Part shown: positions 1 through 11,789 of the stretch, in pieces | Numbering within the stretch: the first letter of the stretch is position 1 | Layout of the letters: the number at the start of each line of letters is the position of its first letter | Assembly (NCBI GenBank): GCA_013416795.1 | Contig: RQSC01000062.1 | Location: forward strand, 75,117-139,116 | Source of the DNA: Prasinococcaceae sp. CCMP 1430 | Lineage: Eukaryota; Plantae; Prasinodermophyta | DNA: 64,000 nt | Direction of reading: 5' to 3' | Translations under genes and position numbers: made by a program | Notes under the pieces: generated by a model | The model's input: the letters and a program-made list of their open reading frames with translations, nothing else | Database searches by the model: none | What the model was told of the DNA's origin: nothing

Positions 1-595
1 GCGCGGCGGTCAGAGCGCGCGCGCACTTTTCGGACTTTTTGCCTTCCGCGTCTCGCGGGGGTTTGAAAACGCGGACGCTCGGAGCGCGCCGGCCTCGTCA
101 ACAAAAGCCAGCAGCCGCGGGGTGTGCGCTCGGGATGAAGCTCACCCTCGGATTCCCGGTCAAGGCGAAGCAATCCAGATCCAGATCCTCCGGTATCGAA
201 ACCAAGTAGATTGATACGCGTTTGTTGGATTTCGCGGAAATGTCGGCTTTCCGCGAACTTTCGCGGAATGCGACGGGGGCACGCGCCGCGCCGGCGTTTC
301 CGTGACCGTTTCGGTTCGGTTGACGGCGGGGGACCGTTACGCTGCGCCGCGGCGCGGCGAGCGCGGCGGGAAAGGGCGAAAAAAAGGCGACGCGCGGGGG
401 TCGGAAAAAGGTCTGCTGCGCACCTCGCGCCTCGCGAACACGGATAAAACCCTTTAAGGGCCCACCATACCCAAAAAAATCGCGCGTCGCCCCAAACTGC
501 GTGCGCAGCGCTGGCACAGCGCTCGCGGCGCGGCGGCGCGCCCGCGCCGATGACGCCGCATCGCCGGCCTCGCGGCGCGCCTCGAGCGCGCGGCG

Positions 596-1390
596 ATGGC
601 GCCGCGCGCCGCGTTCGCGGCGCTGCCGGAGCGCGCGCAGCTGGCCGCGGCCTACCGCCTGTGCGAGAGGTGGGGCTTCCACGAGGGGGTGTGCAACCAC
701 CTCACGCTCGAGGAGGCGGGCGGTGCGGGCGGGAGGTCCATGCTCGTCGTGCCCCACGGGCTCATGTGGTGCGAGGTGCGCGCGAGCGACCTCCTGAGCG
801 TGGGTGTTGAGGTGGGTGAGACGCACATGGTGCGCTCGGGCGGGCGAGCGGGCTTCCAGACGGTCGAGCCCTCGGCCGCGGCCATCCACGGCGCGTGCCA
901 CCGCCTCCTCGGCGACGCGGCACGCTGCGTGCTCCACACTCACGTGCTGAGTGCGACGGCCCTCTCGTGCCTCGCCGAGGGCGATGGAGACAAGATGTTT
1001 CGCCTGCCGATGTGCCACCAGAACTCGGCGCTGTTCTACCAAAAGATAGCGTACGACGACACCTACAACGCCGTCGCGAACTCCGACGCGGAGGGCGAGC
1101 GCCTCGCTCGGCTCCTGTCAGGTGGCAAGCGGGTCCTCATGATGGCAAACCATGGCGTGCTGGTCGTGGGCGAGAGCGTAGCCGTTGCGCTCGACGAACT
1201 GTACTACTTCGAGCGCGCGTGCGCGGTCACGCTCGCCGCTCTCAGCGCCAACCGACCCCTGCGCCCCATGTCGGACGACGCTGCCCGACGAGTGGCGGCG
1301 CCACGCGACGACGAGAGGGAGCCGTACGCTCTGGCGCACTGCTCGGCGCTCCTCAGGGTGCACCTCGCTGGCACCGACTTCGCAGAGTGA
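596..1390 (+). CDS. Class II aldolase/adducin-family protein
   Basis: Single-exon 264-aa ORF with family motifs EGVCNH, IHGACH, LHTH and MANHG; TGTAA at ~1410 after the stop. Confidence 0.9.
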   Translation: MAPRAAFAALPERAQLAAAYRLCERWGFHEGVCNHLTLEEAGGAGGRSMLVVPHGLMWCEVRASDLLSVGVEVGETHMVRSGGRAGFQTVEPSAAAIHGACHRLLGDAARCVLHTHVLSATALSCLAEGDGDKMFRLPMCHQNSALFYQKIAYDDTYNAVANSDAEGERLARLLSGGKRVLMMANHGVLVVGESVAVALDELYYFERACAVTLAALSANRPLRPMSDDAARRVAAPRDDEREPYALAHCSALLRVHLAGTDFAE

Positions 1391-1566
1391 GTGGCGGGAG
1401 CGGCGGCACTGTAACATAGCAGATTCGATCGCGCCGCGCGCATGGAAGCACCATGAGTGGAGGAGGCTGGGTTTGTTATGTGTGAAGGGGCAATGGGGCA
1501 GAAAGCTGTGGCGTCGTCCCTCCGTCCGCGAGCGCCGTGCATGTGGGGAATGGGCAGCCGCACCGC

Positions 1567-3434
1567 TCAGCGCACGGGGACGATGTCTGGGGGGAGAGCG
1601 CGGAGGGTCAGCGGGGAAGCGAACAGCAGCGTGCGCCGATGGGTCCACCGCATGGCACGCACGCACGAGGCGCGATCAGAGCTCGGCGCGCCCCATGGCG
1701 CAGTCGCGGCGCAGCGCTCTCGTACCATCGATCTTCAGGATCATGCGCACGGTCTCCGACGCCAGCTGGAACGCCGAACTCGTCACCAGCAGCGGCTGCA
1801 GCACGTTGGCCTCCTTCATGTCGGTGATGGTACCCTTCCGCACGTTGATGCCATCGTACACCCCCCCGTTCGCGTGGCGGTTGCGCAGCTCGGTCACAAT
1901 GGTGATGGGATCCAGCCCCGCGTTCTCCGCCAGCGTGTACGGAATAACCTCCAGCGCCTGCGCGAACCCCCGAACGCAGTATGACGGCATCCCCTGGAGC
2001 GTCTTGGCCCACTCGGTCAGTACGCGGCTCATCTCCATCTCCGGCGCCGACCCACCCGCGATGAGGTACTGCTTTTGCACCAAGCAGCGGATGACGCACA
2101 GCGCGTCGTGCAGGGAGCGATCGGCCTCCTCCAGCACCAGCCCGTTGGAGCCGCGCACCAACACCGTCATCGTCTTGCCCTTGTTCTCGATGCCCGTCAC
2201 CTTGACCACCTTGCCATTGCCCACGGTGACCTCGCGCACCTCTGCAGCGCGGCCCAGCTTCTCGGGCTTGAAGCTCTCGATGTTTGCGATGGGCACGCAG
2301 TTGAGCGTCTTCGAGATGAAGTCGATTTCGTCGCGTGCGATGCTGGTCACCACCATGATCTTGGCCTTGGCCAGGTAGTGCAGCGAGAGGTCCGTGACGG
2401 CGTCACGCAGGATCGACTTCTGGATGAGCAGCACGTTGCAGCCTGCCTTCTTGATCTTCTTCACCAGCTGCAGGATGTAGTTCTTCTCCTCCTTGAGCAC
2501 GCGGTCCATGTGCGCGTAGTCGGACACAATCACGTTGTTCTCAAGGTCGGTCTTTGGCGGAGAGATGCAGAACTGAATGAGCCCGATCTTGGCATCCTTG
2601 ATGTGCGTGGGCCCCGAGGCTGACTTCATTACCCTGGTGTTGAAGACGAGCCCGTCCACCATCTCCGTGTCGTCGATGGTGCCGCCCGCCTTGGCCACGA
2701 TGCGGATATCCTTCAGGTCGACGTTCTGCGGCCTCGCCGGGTCGGTAACCGACAGCACTGCGTCGACGGCGATCGGCGCGAGCAGCGACGAGTACTGGGA
2801 CACCACCTTGGAGTTGAGCGACGTCGTCGCACACTTGATCAGCAGATCGCGGTCGGCGAGGGTGATCGCCTGCGACATCTTGAGGAGCTCCTGTTCCACC
2901 TTCTCCGAAGTCATGTGTAGGGCGTCCGAGATGACGCTCGGGTGCACGCCGCGCTCGAGGAGCGCGAGGCACTCCTGCAGCGCAGACGCCGGCAGCGCGA
3001 TCAAGCGAGGGGCGCACGGCGTCATGCGTGCGGCGGGACGACGGTTGCCAGGGTGTGTGCGTGGGTGCGCGGACGGACATGCAACGGCGCGTCAGTGCAA
3101 CGAACAGAGTTGGCCACAACCACGCGCCGGCGGTGGCGGCGGGGCGCGGCGGCGGACACGCGCGCGCAGCTGGCGCGTGCTGCAGGCTTGCCGCGCGCGC
3201 GTTCAAAGCGTGTGTTTTCGAGCGCGGCCGTGCGGCCGATCGCCGCGCGCGNNNNNNNNNNNNNNNNNNNNNNNNNNNNNNNNNNNNNNNNNNNNNNNNN
3301 NNNNNNNNNNNNNNNNNNNNNNNNNNNNNNNGGGCCGCGCGCCGCGCGTAGCGCGCGGCGCGCCCCGCACGCAGCGCACGTACCTTCTTCTTGTTGTCCA
3401 CATATCTGTCCGCCTTGGCGCCCTTGACCGCCAT
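1567..3434 (-). CDS. CCT4: T-complex protein 1 subunit delta (CCT4); exons 3434-3384, [unsequenced exon(s) in N gap], 2974-1726, 1586-1567
   Basis: Exon 1 MAVKGAKADRYVDNKKK. Main exon has TTSLNSKVVSQYS, IGLIQFCISPPKTD and IQKSILRDAVTDLSLHYL. Spliced C-terminus reads MILKIDDIVPVR*. GT/AG sites seen. The GDGTT-containing part is absent. Confidence 0.93.
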
Positions 3435-4156
3435 CGCAGCGGCGCCGGACGGCGCGCCGGGCGTCGAGTGGCACCCGGTCGCCACGTCGCAGCACAGCGT
3501 GCGGGGCGGCCGCCGAGCCAATACGCGCGTGCGCGCCCGCCCCGCCGCCGCCCGCCGACAAAAGCAAAACGACACCAAATTTTATCCGTCGTTTCAATAT
3601 GATTGAATATCTTCATCGAGTGCCGCGGCTCCCGCCCGGATCGTCGCGCCCTTCCGTCGAATCCCGCGGATGCGGCGAATCCGCACGGCAAGAAAAAGCG
3701 CGCTCGTGTTCGGCGCCTGGCGCTGACGGAAATCGCATGCGTTTTGACCTGCCGCCGGCATCGGGGCGCATTGACCGGCGGCGCGCGCGCCGATCGGCGG
3801 CACCAACCCAAAAAAGCTAATAAGGGTATTTCTAAGACTAGGGTTCAATTCTGCGTGTGCGTATGCACAGTCCATGTGCGCAGGCACGCGCCTAGCTACA
3901 GTAGCTAGCTAGCGCCTGTGCACGTGCCTGTGCACCGTGCACGTGCCTTTGCCTAGAGCACCTCCAATAGTGCGCAGTCAGTTGGCTTGCGTGCTTCTTG
4001 TGAGACTGCCCGCCGCGTGGCCGGCACATGTAGCCGCACGGCAGACTGCGTAGGGTGAGTTCTTGAGAGCCTGCATCGTGGTCATCACAGTGCCACAAAT
4101 GGCTGTGTCGCTGTCTCGGGCCGGGTGGGCACGCGGGCACACAGGTGCGCTGTCCA

Positions 4157-4783
4157 TCATCCCGAATTCTTCTGCTGTTTGATGAGCAAGGAGAACTTCG
4201 CCTCTGCCTCGACGTACTGCGAAAACGTGTCGCGCTTGCGGAAGTGAGTCTTGTCGACGGGGTCGAGCTCATCCTCCTCATAGACGTAGGCATCCTTTGA
4301 CGTGCTCAGGCCGTAATTGGGCACGATAGTGTATCCAGCATTCAGCCGCGAGTTCATCTTCTTGCTCATCTCGAAGACCAGTTTGGAGTCTTCGTCCTTG
4401 TCGTAGCCTTCAGGCATGGGGGACCCTCGGCGAGCATTCTCCTCTGCCTCCTTGGCCTGCGTGTGCGCGAGACGTGAAGCGCCAGCGGGATGTCGTACAC
4501 GCACGAGCGGGAGCGTGCGTCAGATGCAGGCTCGGGCACTTGCGCACGAGCGGGGCGGCGCGCCTTTGTCCGCTTTACACGCGCGCGTGCCGGGCTGTCC
4601 ACGCACCCTGGCAATAGCGGCGCGCTCGGCGATCGTCTGCTTTGGCTTGAACTTCATGCCCTCGTCGACTTCCTGCATGTCGAGCAGACCCTGGCGCACC
4701 TCCTTACGTAAGACTTGGCCACGAAGTTTAGTGTCGTGGTGTCCGGGCACCCGGCTTGTTCCACCAACGTCACGGCTGCTTTT
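4157..4783 (-). CDS. Hypothetical protein (exons ~4783-4607 and 4456-4157; 5' end not resolved)
   Basis: Coding-like codon use and an in-frame GTGCGT...GCAG intron at 4606-4457; ends ...HFRKRDTFSQYVEAEAKFSLLIKQQKNSG*. Confidence 0.65.
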
Positions 4784-5312
4784 CTGGTGGCTTGGGGGAA
4801 ATGGAGGGGAGGGGGGGGGGGGAAGGGGGGAGCAAGGGCACGCGCGCGGCACTCGTCTGCGGGACTGACCCCGAACGCGCGTGGGCGACGGCGCGCTTGC
4901 TGTGCGTGCGCGGGTCCAGGCGCGCTGCGGGGCGGGGCGCGCGCACGCGCGTGTGGCGCTCCCTCGCTTCCCTACACCTCTCCCCCGGCCAACCCGCCCC
5001 CTCTCCAAAGCAGTCGCCCTCGCGCCCCCAGAGCGCGCACACGCATGCGCTCGCCGCCGCCCGCGCGCGGCGGCGCGCAACCGCACGCGCGCGTGCCCCG
5101 CTTTGGGCACTTGGACCGAGATCTGCACGACCGAGCCATCAGATGGGAGCGCTACCACCAGACATTGGAACCCTAGTGCATACCTTAAATCACACGCACT
5201 GTAACCCTTACTGCACTCGTCTGCTGCACTCGTCTGCAACTATGGCTGACTGTCGGGGTGACGCAGGTGGGGCAGGGGGAGCGAGTGGCGGTGGCGGGGG
5301 TGCAGATGTAGG

Positions 5313-6422
5313 ATGTCACGGGCGTGGTGGTGTTGGCTCGCACGCGCTGGCACGCCGGCACGGGCGCGCGCCGCGCCCCGCTGGCGTGAGCGGTGCAGGC
5401 GCAGGCGCAGGGGGCGGGCGCTGTGGCGTGCGGGAACTGCGGCCATAGGGCCCTCGTTCCCGCCGACGACGGCCGTCGGCTCGGATGCGTGGAGCGCGTT
5501 CGGGCGAGCGGCTTCCGGCGAGTGGGACGGTGCGCTCGTGGCGTTTGACGCGCTCAGTGGCGCGCCACTGCCGCTGCCCGACCGCCTCGTGCCCGAGGCG
5601 TTCCGGGAGTGGGGGGAAGCGCTCTACGATCGGCAAGCCGAGTCGCACGTGCTCGCTGACGACGAGCGACTCGAGCTACGAACGCGGCTCGTGGACCCCG
5701 TCGCTGGCTGCGAGGAGGACGCAGTCAGTTTCGAGGAGGAGCTCAGGGACGTGCTGCGCGGCGCGACGGAGGACAAGACCATCCTGCCCTCGGGCGCGTT
5801 CTCCGCTGGCTGCCGCGTACTGCCGCGCGCAGGTGATGAGTTTTTGCTCGAGTGCGCAGTGCCACTCGCGCGGGGAGACGAGCGCCTTAGGTACAGGCAC
5901 TACATACGCGAGCGCGCAGGCGGAGAGCAACCCGCCGTGCGCCTCCAGGTGATTGCAGAGCGGCGCGTTGGCGAGCACCACACCGCGATGGGGCTCTCGC
6001 AGCCGCTGCCGCCTTCCACATGCGCGGGGAGCTACCCCGAGTGGGGTAAGGGTGGCATCGTGCGCTGCGCAGAGGAGGAAGCCGACCGCAACGATTCTGA
6101 GGGGCCTTCGCCGCGGGCCTTCCTCGACGGCCCTGGCGTGGCCGAGCGCGCCTGTGTGGTGCTCGGAGAGGGTCCTGGGGGCCAGACCGTCAACGATCTG
6201 GGCGAGCCGTGGCTCGCGCTCGATGCGTCCCGCAGCGTCGACTCAACGTCCCTACCACCGCTCGTCCCGCTGCTCGCGGGCGCTTTCGGTGCGTACCATG
6301 CGGCCAGCGCTACGGCCGACGGCTCGCTCGTGATCGTCGCCGGCCACCGCGATGGGTGCATTGTGCGCGCGTACGACTCGAACGGCCGGCTCGACTACGT
6401 GCAACTCGCCCAGCGATCCTAA
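5313..6422 (+). CDS. Conserved hypothetical plastid-type protein
   Basis: Arg/Ala-rich transit-like N-terminus, then SGEWDG...LPDRLVPEAFREWG...P.VAGCEEDA, a motif set I recall from an uncharacterised green-plant plastid family. Confidence 0.75.
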   Translation: MSRAWWCWLARAGTPARARAAPRWRERCRRRRRGRALWRAGTAAIGPSFPPTTAVGSDAWSAFGRAASGEWDGALVAFDALSGAPLPLPDRLVPEAFREWGEALYDRQAESHVLADDERLELRTRLVDPVAGCEEDAVSFEEELRDVLRGATEDKTILPSGAFSAGCRVLPRAGDEFLLECAVPLARGDERLRYRHYIRERAGGEQPAVRLQVIAERRVGEHHTAMGLSQPLPPSTCAGSYPEWGKGGIVRCAEEEADRNDSEGPSPRAFLDGPGVAERACVVLGEGPGGQTVNDLGEPWLALDASRSVDSTSLPPLVPLLAGAFGAYHAASATADGSLVIVAGHRDGCIVRAYDSNGRLDYVQLAQRS

Positions 6423-6602
6423 TATGCAGCGCACGCACGCACGCAGCGCTGCGCGCGCGCACCATCGCTCAACACCTGGCGGCTCGGGGCCGCCGTTTAC
6501 TGTACAGTGAGAAATGAAAAAGAATTACGACCCTGTGGCGGCGTGGCGCGAGCGAGCGCCCCCAGGCTCTCAACTACTTGTGCTGCGTGCGTCTACGGTC
6601 CT

Positions 6603-7064
6603 TCACTTCTTGGTGCACTTGTATCGTCGGCAAAGCTTCATGTAGTACTTCTGCGCGTGGCTGCGCACCTGCACGGCGGTGCGCGTCCCAACGTCTGCGG
6701 CGATGGCCTCAAAGTTTTCCGCGCCGTACTTCTTGACCGCCACATGGAAGCGCTCGCATTCATCCTTGCTCCAGTAGCGAGTGCTTGCTGAGCCGGCACC
6801 GCCGCCGTGCGCATTTGGGCGTGGCTTGGGGCTCCGCTTCTTCACTCCGCCTCCAGCCGTAGAGCCGGTAGCCCGCGTCTTCTTGGTCGATCTGAAGCTC
6901 TCTTCGATCGCGGTCTGCCTGCTCGTGGGCGTGGGAGTGTCCACCGGCACCAGCACGGCCGGCGCGTCCAGCACGGGCGGCACTGGCACACGCATCATGG
7001 CCACGGCGACGGTATCCGCTGAGATGGGGAGACGTGCCGTCATGCATACCTGGGAGGATGCCAT
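6603..7064 (-). CDS. MYB-related (SHAQKYF-class) single-repeat transcription factor
   Basis: RYWSKDECERFHVAVKKYG...IAADVGTRTAVQVRSHAQKYY; ATG at 7064 gives 153 aa. Confidence 0.9.
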   Translation of the reverse strand: MASSQVCMTARLPISADTVAVAMMRVPVPPVLDAPAVLVPVDTPTPTSRQTAIEESFRSTKKTRATGSTAGGGVKKRSPKPRPNAHGGGAGSASTRYWSKDECERFHVAVKKYGAENFEAIAADVGTRTAVQVRSHAQKYYMKLCRRYKCTKK

Positions 7065-7293
7065 AGTCGTGCCTTCACGCGAGTGCCTCTCCGTATCCGT
7101 CTGGTGCTCTCTCGCCCGAGTGCGTCGTGCGGTGCGTCTCCGCTTGTGGTGCGCACAGTGGCGCGCAACGGTGAGCGCATGGAAGGCGCGCGTGCGTGCG
7201 CGCGTGCGCGTGCGCGCCTTCGCGCCCCCCCCCCCCTCCTGTTCGATTGCACGATGCACGGGGCACGGGCCACTCGATTGCACGGAGCACAGA

Positions 7294-7320
7294 GCACGGG
7301 GCACGGGGCACGGGGCACGG
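7294..7320 (+). repeat. Short GCACGGG tandem repeat upstream of the MYB gene
   Basis: gcacggg-gcacggg-gcacggg-gcacgg read directly. Confidence 0.8.
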
Positions 7321-7877
7321 CGCGCGGCGCGCGCGCGACGCGCGCCACGACGCCCGTTCGTGCCCGCGGAGGCTATCCGCATCGGGCGAATGTTTTGAAA
7401 AGGTCTCCCGTCTCTCGTCATGATCAAAAATCGTACAGTAACGGTCGCCGCCAGTTGGCAGCCAGGGGAGCGCGCGCCCGGCTGCGGCGATGCGCATCGG
7501 GATTGCTGCTGCTCGCCAGGAGGAACAGGAACGCCGCGCGAGGCCTGCATTGCCGAGCCGCTGCCGCTGCGGTCAAGTGCCGGGGGGGGGGAAGCGCTCG
7601 CGGGACGGCCGCGGTCGCGCGGGACTGCTCGCAGGACGGCCGCGGCCGCGCGAGCGGACCGATGTTGCGCGGAGGTCCGCGGGCGCGCACGCGCGGGGAC
7701 GGCGCACCCGCAGGCGGCCGCAGCTCGCGTTTTCCCCACCATTTCCGTCCCGAAAAAGAAAAATTAAAATACTGTAGTTATGAAGTGCTGAGCTGGCGGG
7801 GCGCTGCCCGCCACTCTCGCCCGCGCTCGCGCGCGCGTGCGCGTGCGCGTGCCTGCCAGCCCCTGCCGCGGCGTGCC

Positions 7878-9550
7878 ATGGCGGGTGACGGCGGAGGAAC
7901 CGGCGCGCGCGCTCCACACGTGGAGTTCTTCTTCGACGTGGCGTGCCCGTTCGCGTTCGTGGCGTCCTACAAGGTGGAGGCCGCCGCCCGCGCCGCCGGT
8001 GCGGCGGGCGTCGAGTGGTCGCCGGTCGCTTTGGGCGGGGTGTATAGGGACGTGAAGGCGCCGCAGGGGACGCGCTCAGCGTCAGTGGTGATGTGCGCAG
8101 CGAAGTGTGCCATGGTGGGCAATGACCTGCGCGTGATGGCCGCGCGTGCGGGGGCGCCGCTGTGTGGCAACACGCGACACCCGGTGCGCACGCTGCGCGC
8201 GCTGCGATGCATATGTGCGGCTCCGCCGAAGGACCGGGCTCGTCTCTCACGCGTGCTCTTCGAGGCGTACTGGCGCGATGGGCGAGACCTCGGAGACGAG
8301 GCTGAGTTGATACGCGTGCTCACTGCGTTTGATGCCTCCCGTGCCGCTGGGCTGCTCGCCGCCTCCGAGAAGGAGGATGTCAAGGTGCGGTGCGCAACGC
8401 GAGCGTGCGCGTGCTGCGCGCGCAGTCGATCGCGCGCATTTCGCTCACCCATCTTGCGCGCACGTTCGAACTTGCCCGCTCGCACACGCCCAGGCGGCGC
8501 TGCGCGAGCACAGCGAACGGCTTGTCGAGTTGGGAGGATTCGGAGTGCCCGCGTATGTCGTGCGGCGGCCTTGGCCTGGCGGAGTGGACGGGAAGCTTTG
8601 GTGGGGACAAGACGTCCTGCATTTCGTGGCTGCGGATTGCAGAGAGCTCGACACTCCCGAGCTACCACAACCGAGGCAGTTGCGACTCGAACCTACTGCC
8701 AGAAAGCCTCGGTGTGTGTTCTCGAAATCTTTGCCTTTGAGTCGCCGCTCGCGCACGGGTGCGCCTGCGACAAAGACCAACATCCTGACGAAAATGCGCC
8801 CCCCCCCGCGCGCACGAACGCACGAACAGCACGCTTGTGCTGTACGAGGACGTGGCCAGCCCATTCTCCTACTTGGCGTCGACGGCCGCGGAGGCGCTCG
8901 CCGAGCGCTGTCGGGTGCGCCTACTACGCCGACCGGTCCTCGTGGGCGCTCTCTTCAGGGAAATTGGCACGCCCATGGTGCCTATTGCTCATGCGGGTGA
9001 GGCCAAGGCTGCCTACCTGCGCAGAGAGATGGAGGCATGGGCGGCTGCACGGGGTGTGCCCATCTGTGTGCCTCACCCGCACTTCCCGCTGAGGACAACG
9101 CTTGCGCAGCGCGTGCTTGCGGGGCTTGCGCATGTGGTCGAGGCCGCGGACGAGGGCACGGCCGCCGAGCAGCGTGCGCGTGCACGGCTGTCTGCCGCAT
9201 CGCGCGCGCTATACACCGCCGCGTGGGCGCGCGGCGAGGACGTTGGCCAGCCCGGTGTAGTGGTCGCGGCGCTGGAGGCGGCCGGTTTTGGCGCCCTCGG
9301 GGCGCGCGAGGTCGTCGACAAGGCTAAGGTGAATGGCGGTGATGCGCTCCGGTCCAACACCGCTGAGGCCATCGCCGCGGGCGCATGCGGCGTGCCTACC
9401 TTTGTGGTGGATCTGGTTGAGAGGGGCGGCCAAGCCGCGAACACGCCCGCATCCTGCGCGCTCGTGTGGGGCCAGGACCGCATGCATGTCGTCGAGGAGT
9501 TGCTGCGCGGATGGGCGCCCCCTTCGCGCCTGCCATCGGCGCGGCTATAG
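7878..9550 (+). CDS. Tandem two-domain DsbA / kappa-class GST (HCCA isomerase-like) protein; exons 7878-8384, 8494-8711, 8830-9550
   Basis: Domain 1: FFFDVACPFAF...GFGVPAYV...WGQD. Domain 2: LYEDVASPFSYL...GACGVPTFVV...WGQDR. Both introns are GT-AG and keep frame. Confidence 0.9.
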
Positions 9551-9609
9551 GAGGGACCCGACGTCCTATTAACAACAAATAGTCACTAGACTAGTACTAG
9601 ACTCGCACA

Positions 9610-10783
9610 TCACGGCTGGCCGTTCGCTTCACCGTCCGCCTTTGAGACGAACGGATCCTCGTCGTCCTCGTCCTCTTCCTCGTTCCCAAGCGACCTCCCC
9701 AGCACTAGATCGTAAAAGCCGCCACCGCACACGGCGCCAACGATGGGCGCCAGGATGTACACCCAGAATCCGTCGCGCGGCCCCGCGATTGCTACGTCAC
9801 CCCAGCCCGCGATAGCCGCCACGATGCGAGGCCCGAAGTCGCGAGCGGGGTTCCACCCAGCCTGCGTAATTGGCGCGTACAGGCTAAGGTTGACGCCCAC
9901 GAGCGCGCCAATCATGAACGGCACGGCCACCTTTGCGTTTCCTCCGCCGATGGCAGTGTTGCGCGGGTCGGTGAGCGCGAAGATCACGAAAGCCAGCAGC
10001 GCGGTGCCCCATGCCTCCACCAGGAAGGCGTGGCCGAGGCTGCACGCCTGCAGATTGTTTGAGACGGCTGTGGGTGGGCCGGCGCGTGGATGAGAGTAGG
10101 CGGTGCGCATGCGTGCGCGGCAAGCGTGGCACGCGAGGCTGTGGGCGTTAGGACGCTGAAGGGTCGCTCAGGGGGGCCGCCCGCGCGCGGCATGCACGCG
10201 TTCGCCGGCCTGCTCGCTCGCTCGAACGCGCGCACGCACCATCCGCCTCTCCCGTGTGCGCGTAGAGGTACGGGTTCGGGAAGTACTCGCCGAACGCCGC
10301 CGCCGTCAGTATGCTCTCCGGCTCCCCCCGCACAATGCCGTTGGAGCGCTCGTAGTGGTGGATGATGCCATTGAAGATCATGAGGTTGAGAGCGCCGCCA
10401 AGAATGCCCCCTAGCAGCTGCGCTGCAATGTAGTGAGGCACCTTCGACCACTCGAAGTCCCTGAGCGTGGCAAGTGCAATAGTGATGGCCGGGTTGAGGT
10501 GGGCCCCCGACACATGGGCGGTGGTGTAGATTGCGAGGGACACGCCGAGCCACCACACCACGGCCACCTGCCAAATGCCCGCCTGGGCTCCACTGAGCGC
10601 GGCGCACACGACGCCGCAGCCGAACAGCACGATGAGCGCCGTGCCCCACAGCTCGGCGATGAATTCGCCAGCGGTTTTCGTCTCGAGGAACCGCGTCTGC
10701 CTGACCACCCAACGCGCGAGCTGCGAGCGGCGCGGCGCCTTGTGGACGGCCACGGCCGCAGCCTGGGGCTCGTGCACGCACAT
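9610..10783 (-). CDS. MIP-family aquaglyceroporin (GlpF-like); exons 10783-10240, 10067-9610 (alternative ATG at 10900)
   Basis: SGAHLNPAIT and WNPARDFGPR (NPA-R-D glycerol-facilitator signature); several hydrophobic helices; phase-1 intron. Confidence 0.92.
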
Positions 10784-11789
10784 GGTGCGCCGCGCCGCGC
10801 TGCGCGCCGCCGCGTCGCGCCGTCCGCCCCAAGTGGCGCGCAAGAGCCGCCGCCGCGGAATCTCAGCCGCCACTTGCGCCGCGCTCGAGCATCTTTTCAT
10901 ACTTTCGAGCGCGCCGCGCGCGCGCGCACTCGGGGAACGGTCGGTGGCCGCCTTCCGCGTTGGCCCGAATTCGCGACCCGCAAGGCGCACGACTCGCGGT
11001 GCTGTGTAAGAAGCTTCTTAGCAGTCGTGTCTGAGCGTCCCGCGGGCGCCAGCAGCGCCGAGCAGCGCCGAGCAGCGCCGAGCCGTTCCCGCACGCGCGG
11101 CGCGGTCGCCGCCGGCCAGGCTGTGGCTGCTCATGTCGGCCAGGTCTTCGGGTGTGCAGCGCGCGCCCGCGCCCCGCGCGCGCGCCCGCCGGCTCGGAGC
11201 TCTATTCAGGGTTTAGAACTTTCAACCCCAATACGGTAGTCCTCACGTTTGGGTTCAGATACACGTTTTCGCCATCCTGCTGTGCTCCGCCGCGTCGTGT
11301 GGCCAGCAGCGCTCCTGGGGCGCACCCAGGATTTCAAGGAGAAATTCCGCGGGCGGAGCGGCAGCGGGCCCCGGCGCGCGCGCGCGCCGCAGACCGGCGG
11401 AACCACGGGTCTACGCGCGTGGATTGCGGGGTAAGAAACGATTACCGGGTATGTGCGTCTCACACCCGAGTAATTTGATGGGGCATGACCGGGGTCGGGC
11501 GAGGTCCAAGAGCGCGCGCGCGCGCGCGCGCCAGGCTGCCGCCCCCCCACCCACCCCCCTGCCTGCTCCGCCCCGCCCGCCCCCGCGCGCTTCCACGCGA
11601 GTCGAGGCGCGCGCGTGGGCTGGGAGGCTGGTCCCACCGCNCGGGGTGGTGACCGCGCTGTTTCGAGCGCGCGCCCAAAAGGCGGCGCCGCCGCCACAGC
11701 GCGCGCCGGGAGCGCGTGCAACCGCGCGGCGCCACTCGCCTGATCCGGTCTCTCGGCGGGGCGCGCGGGCGTGTGACACGCGCCGCGTC

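Noticed and set aside
2975-3251. A second complemented patch hiding the missing CCT4 exon (also tried for the missing recA and LysM starts)
   Set aside because: Reading these regions complemented or reversed gave no CCT motifs and no in-frame ATG.
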